Source of the DNA: Bacteroidota bacterium
GTDB taxonomy: Bacteria; CLD3; SB21
Assembly (NCBI GenBank): GCA_037445875.1
Contig: JBBIJR010000005.1
Span: forward strand, 24,561 to 72,753
Length of the DNA stretch: 48,193 nucleotides
Direction of reading: 5' to 3'
Position 1 is the stretch's first letter, and each line of letters begins with the position of its first letter. The position numbers were made by a program, and so were the translations under genes. Positions 44,890 to 48,193 of this stretch are shown piece by piece. The notes under the pieces were generated by a model. That model was given only the letters and a program-made list of their open reading frames with translations. It made no database searches and was not told the DNA's origin.

Positions 44890-45285
44890 ATGAAGAAACG
44901 AACGACGATACTGACGGATGAGGATCTGGCGGGTATCCGTACTGCTTTGCGAGGCTGGGGAAAACCCGAGTCCGCGGTCGCGCTCTTCGACGAGAAAATG
45001 CTTGTCAAGCAGGTCGAAATATGGAAGATGTTCGTGACTTACCCCTGGGCGGCCTCCCTTCGCGAGAAATACGATACCGACATCGTCATACGGTACTGGC
45101 TCCAGATTGCCGTCGAGCACTCATCGGATGAGAGCGGCCGACGCATTCAAGCCCTGCTGGAGCCCATTGATGCCTTGTTCAAAGACCGGATGAGACCGGC
45201 GGGACGCACGGAGTACGCTCGGAAGGCCCCGTTGAGCCGCGGACCGTACTTCTGGGAGGAGAACACCCTTGTACCGGCAAGTTGA
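44890..45285 (+). CDS. Hypothetical protein (131 aa)
   Basis: ATG lies 2 nt after the dut stop and the ORF fills the gap. No motif recognised. Confidence 0.6.
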   Translation: MKKRTTILTDEDLAGIRTALRGWGKPESAVALFDEKMLVKQVEIWKMFVTYPWAASLREKYDTDIVIRYWLQIAVEHSSDESGRRIQALLEPIDALFKDRMRPAGRTEYARKAPLSRGPYFWEENTLVPAS

Positions 45286-45287
45286 AC

Positions 45288-45316
45288 TTGTTTAAGTTCG
45301 CGCAGTACCGTAGAAT
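45288..45316 (+). promoter_or_regulatory. Sigma70 promoter of ferritin-lipB
   Basis: TTGTTT-N17-TAGAAT, followed by an AGGAG RBS before ATG 45352. Confidence 0.6.
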
Positions 45317-45351
45317 AGCGCACGCACCGTAACCATAATAGGAGACCGCCC

Positions 45352-45858
45352 ATGATGTTCTCCAAGAAGCTTCAGGATGCGCTCAACAAGCAGATGAACC
45401 AGGAGTTCTATTCAGAATACATGTACCTTGCGATGACCGCGTACCTCCGCTACAACAGCCTCGACGGCGTTGCATCGTTCTTTCTGGGCCAGAGTCAGGA
45501 GGAACACGCCCACGCGATGAAGATCTTCGATTTCCTCAATGAAAAAGGCGGCCGGGTTACGCTCGAGGCCATCGACGGACCCCAGGTAGAATTCAAGAGT
45601 GTTGCCGATGTCTTCAAGACGGCGGTCGACCATGAACGGGCCGTCAGCAAGAGCATCAACAAGCTGATGGACCTTGCGATCGCGGAGAACGAACACTCCG
45701 TCAAGAGCTTTCTCCAGTGGTTTGTGGATGAGCAGGTGGAAGAGGAGGCATTGTTCGACAGGCTCCTCAACAAGGTCAAACTCGCCGGCGACGGCCAGGG
45801 ACTGCTGATCATCGACAGCCAGTTGGCGAACTTCGTACCGAAGGGCAAGGCAACGTAA
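45352..45858 (+). CDS. ftnA: Non-heme ferritin
   Basis: Ferroxidase-centre motifs 'QMNQEFYSEYMY', 'EEHAHAMK', 'HE' and 'LQWFVDEQVEEE'. Confidence 0.92.
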   Translation: MMFSKKLQDALNKQMNQEFYSEYMYLAMTAYLRYNSLDGVASFFLGQSQEEHAHAMKIFDFLNEKGGRVTLEAIDGPQVEFKSVADVFKTAVDHERAVSKSINKLMDLAIAENEHSVKSFLQWFVDEQVEEEALFDRLLNKVKLAGDGQGLLIIDSQLANFVPKGKAT

Positions 45859-46550
45859 TGCCTCGTCTTCGCATCCTGCAGTTGGGTATTGCAGACTATA
45901 GCCGGACGTGGGACCTTCAAAGGTCTCTGTTCGAGCGCCGTCTCACGGACGAAACGGACGATTCCCTTATTCTCTGTGAACACCCGCACACGTACACCGT
46001 CGGCAGGGACGGCGTCGACCATCTGGGTCGGCATTTGTTGATGAACAAAGTCGAACTGGCTCTCCACGGCATTCAGGTATTCGAGATCGATCGGGGCGGC
46101 GACATCACGTACCACGGTCCCGGCCAACTCGTCGGCTACCCGATTCTTGATTTGAACGGGTATTACCGCGACGTCCATCGTTATCTGCGCGACCTGGAGG
46201 AAGTCATCATCCGTACTACAGGGACCTTCGGCCTCACGGGCCATCGTATCGACAAGGCGACCGGCGTGTGGGTCGACACCCCCCGAGGACCGGAGAAGAT
46301 CTGCGCCATCGGAGTCAAGGTCACACGCTGGATTACGATGCACGGCTTTGCGTTGAACGTTCACACGGACCTGAAGTATTTCCAGCATATCGTTCCCTGC
46401 GGTATCAGCGACAAGGGAGTGACTTCGATTCAGACGCTGCTCGGACGACCGGTACCGATGCCGGACGTCGAGGAAGAGCTGATCCGGCGTTTTGCAGAAG
46501 TATTCGGCGTAACGACGATCCGACCGGAACCGGAGCCGGTTCTGCCCTGA
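45858..46550 (+). CDS. lipB: Lipoyl(octanoyl) transferase
   Basis: Motifs 'CEHPHTYTVG', 'RGGDITYHGPGQLVGYP', 'KICAIG', 'HGFALNV' and 'IVPCG'. Confidence 0.96.
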   Translation: MPRLRILQLGIADYSRTWDLQRSLFERRLTDETDDSLILCEHPHTYTVGRDGVDHLGRHLLMNKVELALHGIQVFEIDRGGDITYHGPGQLVGYPILDLNGYYRDVHRYLRDLEEVIIRTTGTFGLTGHRIDKATGVWVDTPRGPEKICAIGVKVTRWITMHGFALNVHTDLKYFQHIVPCGISDKGVTSIQTLLGRPVPMPDVEEELIRRFAEVFGVTTIRPEPEPVLP

Positions 46551-46586
46551 GTGTCCGGCGATAGGAATCCATCTGGCGAGGTGTTC

Positions 46587-47465
46587 ATGCAGACTTTTTG
46601 CAGGCTCGTTTTCGCATTGGCCGTGACGGCAGCCGCCATGGCGCAGAACCCGGACAAGGCCCGGGACCTGTGCAGCAAGGCAAGGAAGGCGTACCTGAAG
46701 TTCACCGTCCAGGATTACGGTGAGGCGATCCGCCTGTACGACCGGGCCGTCCAGGCGGACAGCCAGTTCGCTGCGGCGTATGCCGGTCTCGCGGAAACGT
46801 GGGCCCTGCAGGGATACGAAACGGAAAAAGCCGGCGGCGACGCAAAGGACCTGTATCGCAAATCGCTTCAGTATGGATTGCGGGCGATCGAGATGGATTC
46901 CTCCTCGGCCTCGGCGCTGAGGGCGCTGGCACGGGCTTACATGAATTCGGAGCCGGTGAAGTTCGGTGAACACGCGTACAGTGCGCTGATGCGCTCTCTC
47001 GAACTCGACTCCACGGACGGTGAAACGTATTACTTGCTGTGGCTGCACACCGACAACGAGGATCCCGACAGTCCGTATCTTCGCAAATCGCTCGACCTGG
47101 CTCCCGATTTCTTCCAGTCGCACTACGGAGCCGGTTTGCTGTTCGCGCGCCTCAAAGACTTCGATCGGGCCATCGTGCACTACAAGGCTTGCGTCCGGAT
47201 CAACCCGGAGCATCCACTGCCCTATTACTCCCTGGGTAACGCGTACTCGCAGCAAAAAAAGTATGATCTGGCCATTCCCGAATACGAAAGAGCGTTGAAA
47301 CTGCAGCCGGACCTGGCCGATGCCTACCTCTATCTTGGGTTGGCATACTACTATGAAAGCCGAGGGACAAGGGACGCCGTCAAGCGACTGACCCGCTACC
47401 TGGAACTGGTTCCCGCTACGACGTACCGCACAGCGGTCGAAAACATCCTCAAAGAGATCCGCTGA
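46587..47465 (+). CDS. Exported tetratricopeptide repeat protein
   Basis: GAGGTG RBS, signal peptide 'MQTFCRLVFALAVTAAAMA-Q' and TPR units. Confidence 0.82.
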   Translation: MQTFCRLVFALAVTAAAMAQNPDKARDLCSKARKAYLKFTVQDYGEAIRLYDRAVQADSQFAAAYAGLAETWALQGYETEKAGGDAKDLYRKSLQYGLRAIEMDSSSASALRALARAYMNSEPVKFGEHAYSALMRSLELDSTDGETYYLLWLHTDNEDPDSPYLRKSLDLAPDFFQSHYGAGLLFARLKDFDRAIVHYKACVRINPEHPLPYYSLGNAYSQQKKYDLAIPEYERALKLQPDLADAYLYLGLAYYYESRGTRDAVKRLTRYLELVPATTYRTAVENILKEIR

Positions 47466-47476
47466 CGGATTCGGTC

Positions 47477-47505
47477 TTGAGAGTTTCCGTTTTTTTCTAT
47501 ACTAT
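47477..47505 (+). promoter_or_regulatory. Putative sigma70 promoter of the E1 gene
   Basis: TTGAGA-N17-TACTAT, with an overlapping TATACT. Confidence 0.5.
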
Positions 47506-47560
47506 TCGCAGCTTTTTTGAGCAACGTTCTTGACCCAACACGTGTTGTGAAGGATTGGGA

Positions 47561-48193
47561 ATGAACCCCATGTCCACCAGGACGAAAACAGCGCCGATCC
47601 GGCCCGATACCGCCTCGGGCCGCCGGTTGTCGGACTTCCCCGAGTTGTCCCGTGACCGTCTGTTGGCCGCGTACAGGATCATGCTCCTGTCGAGGTATCT
47701 GGACGAAAAGATGCTCAGGATGCTGAAACAGGGCAAGAGCTTCTTTCACATCGGGTGCGCGGGTCATGAAGCAGCCCAGGTGGCTGCCGGTTTCGCCATG
47801 GTGCCGGGCAAGGACTGGTTTTATCCGTACTACCGCGACCAGGCGCTCACGCTGTCCGTCGGGATGACGCCGGAGGAACTCATGCTTTGCTTCCTGGCCC
47901 GCGCGGAAGACCCCAATTCCGGCGGCCGCCAGATGCCGCAGCACTACGGCAACCGTCAGTACCGCATCGTTTCCCAGTCCAGCCCTACGGGAACTCAGTT
48001 CCTGCAGGCCGTCGGGTGCGCCATGGGGGCGGCGAAGGAACACGTGGACGAGGTCGTGTACGTTTCTTCCGGAGAGGGAACCACTTCGCAGGGCGACTTC
48101 CACGAAGCGCTCAACTGGGCCAGCCGCGAGCGGTTTCCGGTCCTCTTTTTCATTGAGAACAACAAGTATGCGATCTCGGTTCCGATCGAGCAG
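47561..48193 (+). CDS. 2-oxoacid (branched-chain/pyruvate) dehydrogenase E1 alpha or fused alpha/beta subunit, 3'-truncated by the window edge
   Basis: Not in the ORF track because no stop falls inside the window. It reads 'GHEAAQ', 'YPYYRD', 'SGGRQMPQH', 'SSPTGTQ' and the TPP motif 'GEGTTSQGDFHEALN...ENNKYAIS'. Confidence 0.92.
   Translation, partial: MNPMSTRTKTAPIRPDTASGRRLSDFPELSRDRLLAAYRIMLLSRYLDEKMLRMLKQGKSFFHIGCAGHEAAQVAAGFAMVPGKDWFYPYYRDQALTLSVGMTPEELMLCFLARAEDPNSGGRQMPQHYGNRQYRIVSQSSPTGTQFLQAVGCAMGAAKEHVDEVVYVSSGEGTTSQGDFHEALNWASRERFPVLFFIENNKYAISVPIEQ

Noticed and set aside
45495-47255. 586-aa minus-strand ORF
   Set aside because: Shadow of the ferritin, lipB and TPR genes on the plus strand.
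47396-48103. 235-aa minus-strand ORF at the right edge
   Set aside because: Antisense to the clearly recognisable E1 subunit on the plus strand.

Overview
This is a gene-dense, GC-rich bacterial chromosome segment. Two proteins carry 'NYPNPFNP...SGVYFYRL...KMLLLR' C-terminal sorting domains, which suggests an FCB-superphylum organism such as a KSB1/Calditrichota/Ignavibacteria-like lineage (inference). About 40 genes are present. Recognisable housekeeping genes are dusB, mazG, lipA, lipB, kynU, kmo, rpmB, rarA, dut, ferritin, a HIT protein, a MacAB-like ABC exporter operon and a partial 2-oxoacid dehydrogenase E1. I found no rRNA, tRNA, CRISPR array or intact transposase. The most notable observations are: (1) a 1607-aa NLR-like protein with a class III nucleotide cyclase, a complete STAND/NB-ARC NTPase and 28 uninterrupted TPRs, translationally coupled to an exported TPR partner with the same C-terminal cap and followed by mazG; (2) a PdxJ homologue that has lost its catalytic residues; (3) a three-gene cassette (PLP enzyme, CDP-alcohol phosphotransferase, cytidylyltransferase) that looks like a self-contained amino-alcohol head-group lipid pathway; (4) an uncharacterised Cys/His-rich protein and a DUF4046-like repeat protein; (5) several decayed elements, namely a nucleotidyltransferase two-gene module, a TlpA pseudogene and an internally deleted four-helix-bundle gene beside heptamer repeats. 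All calls come from reading motifs by eye; no searches were run.
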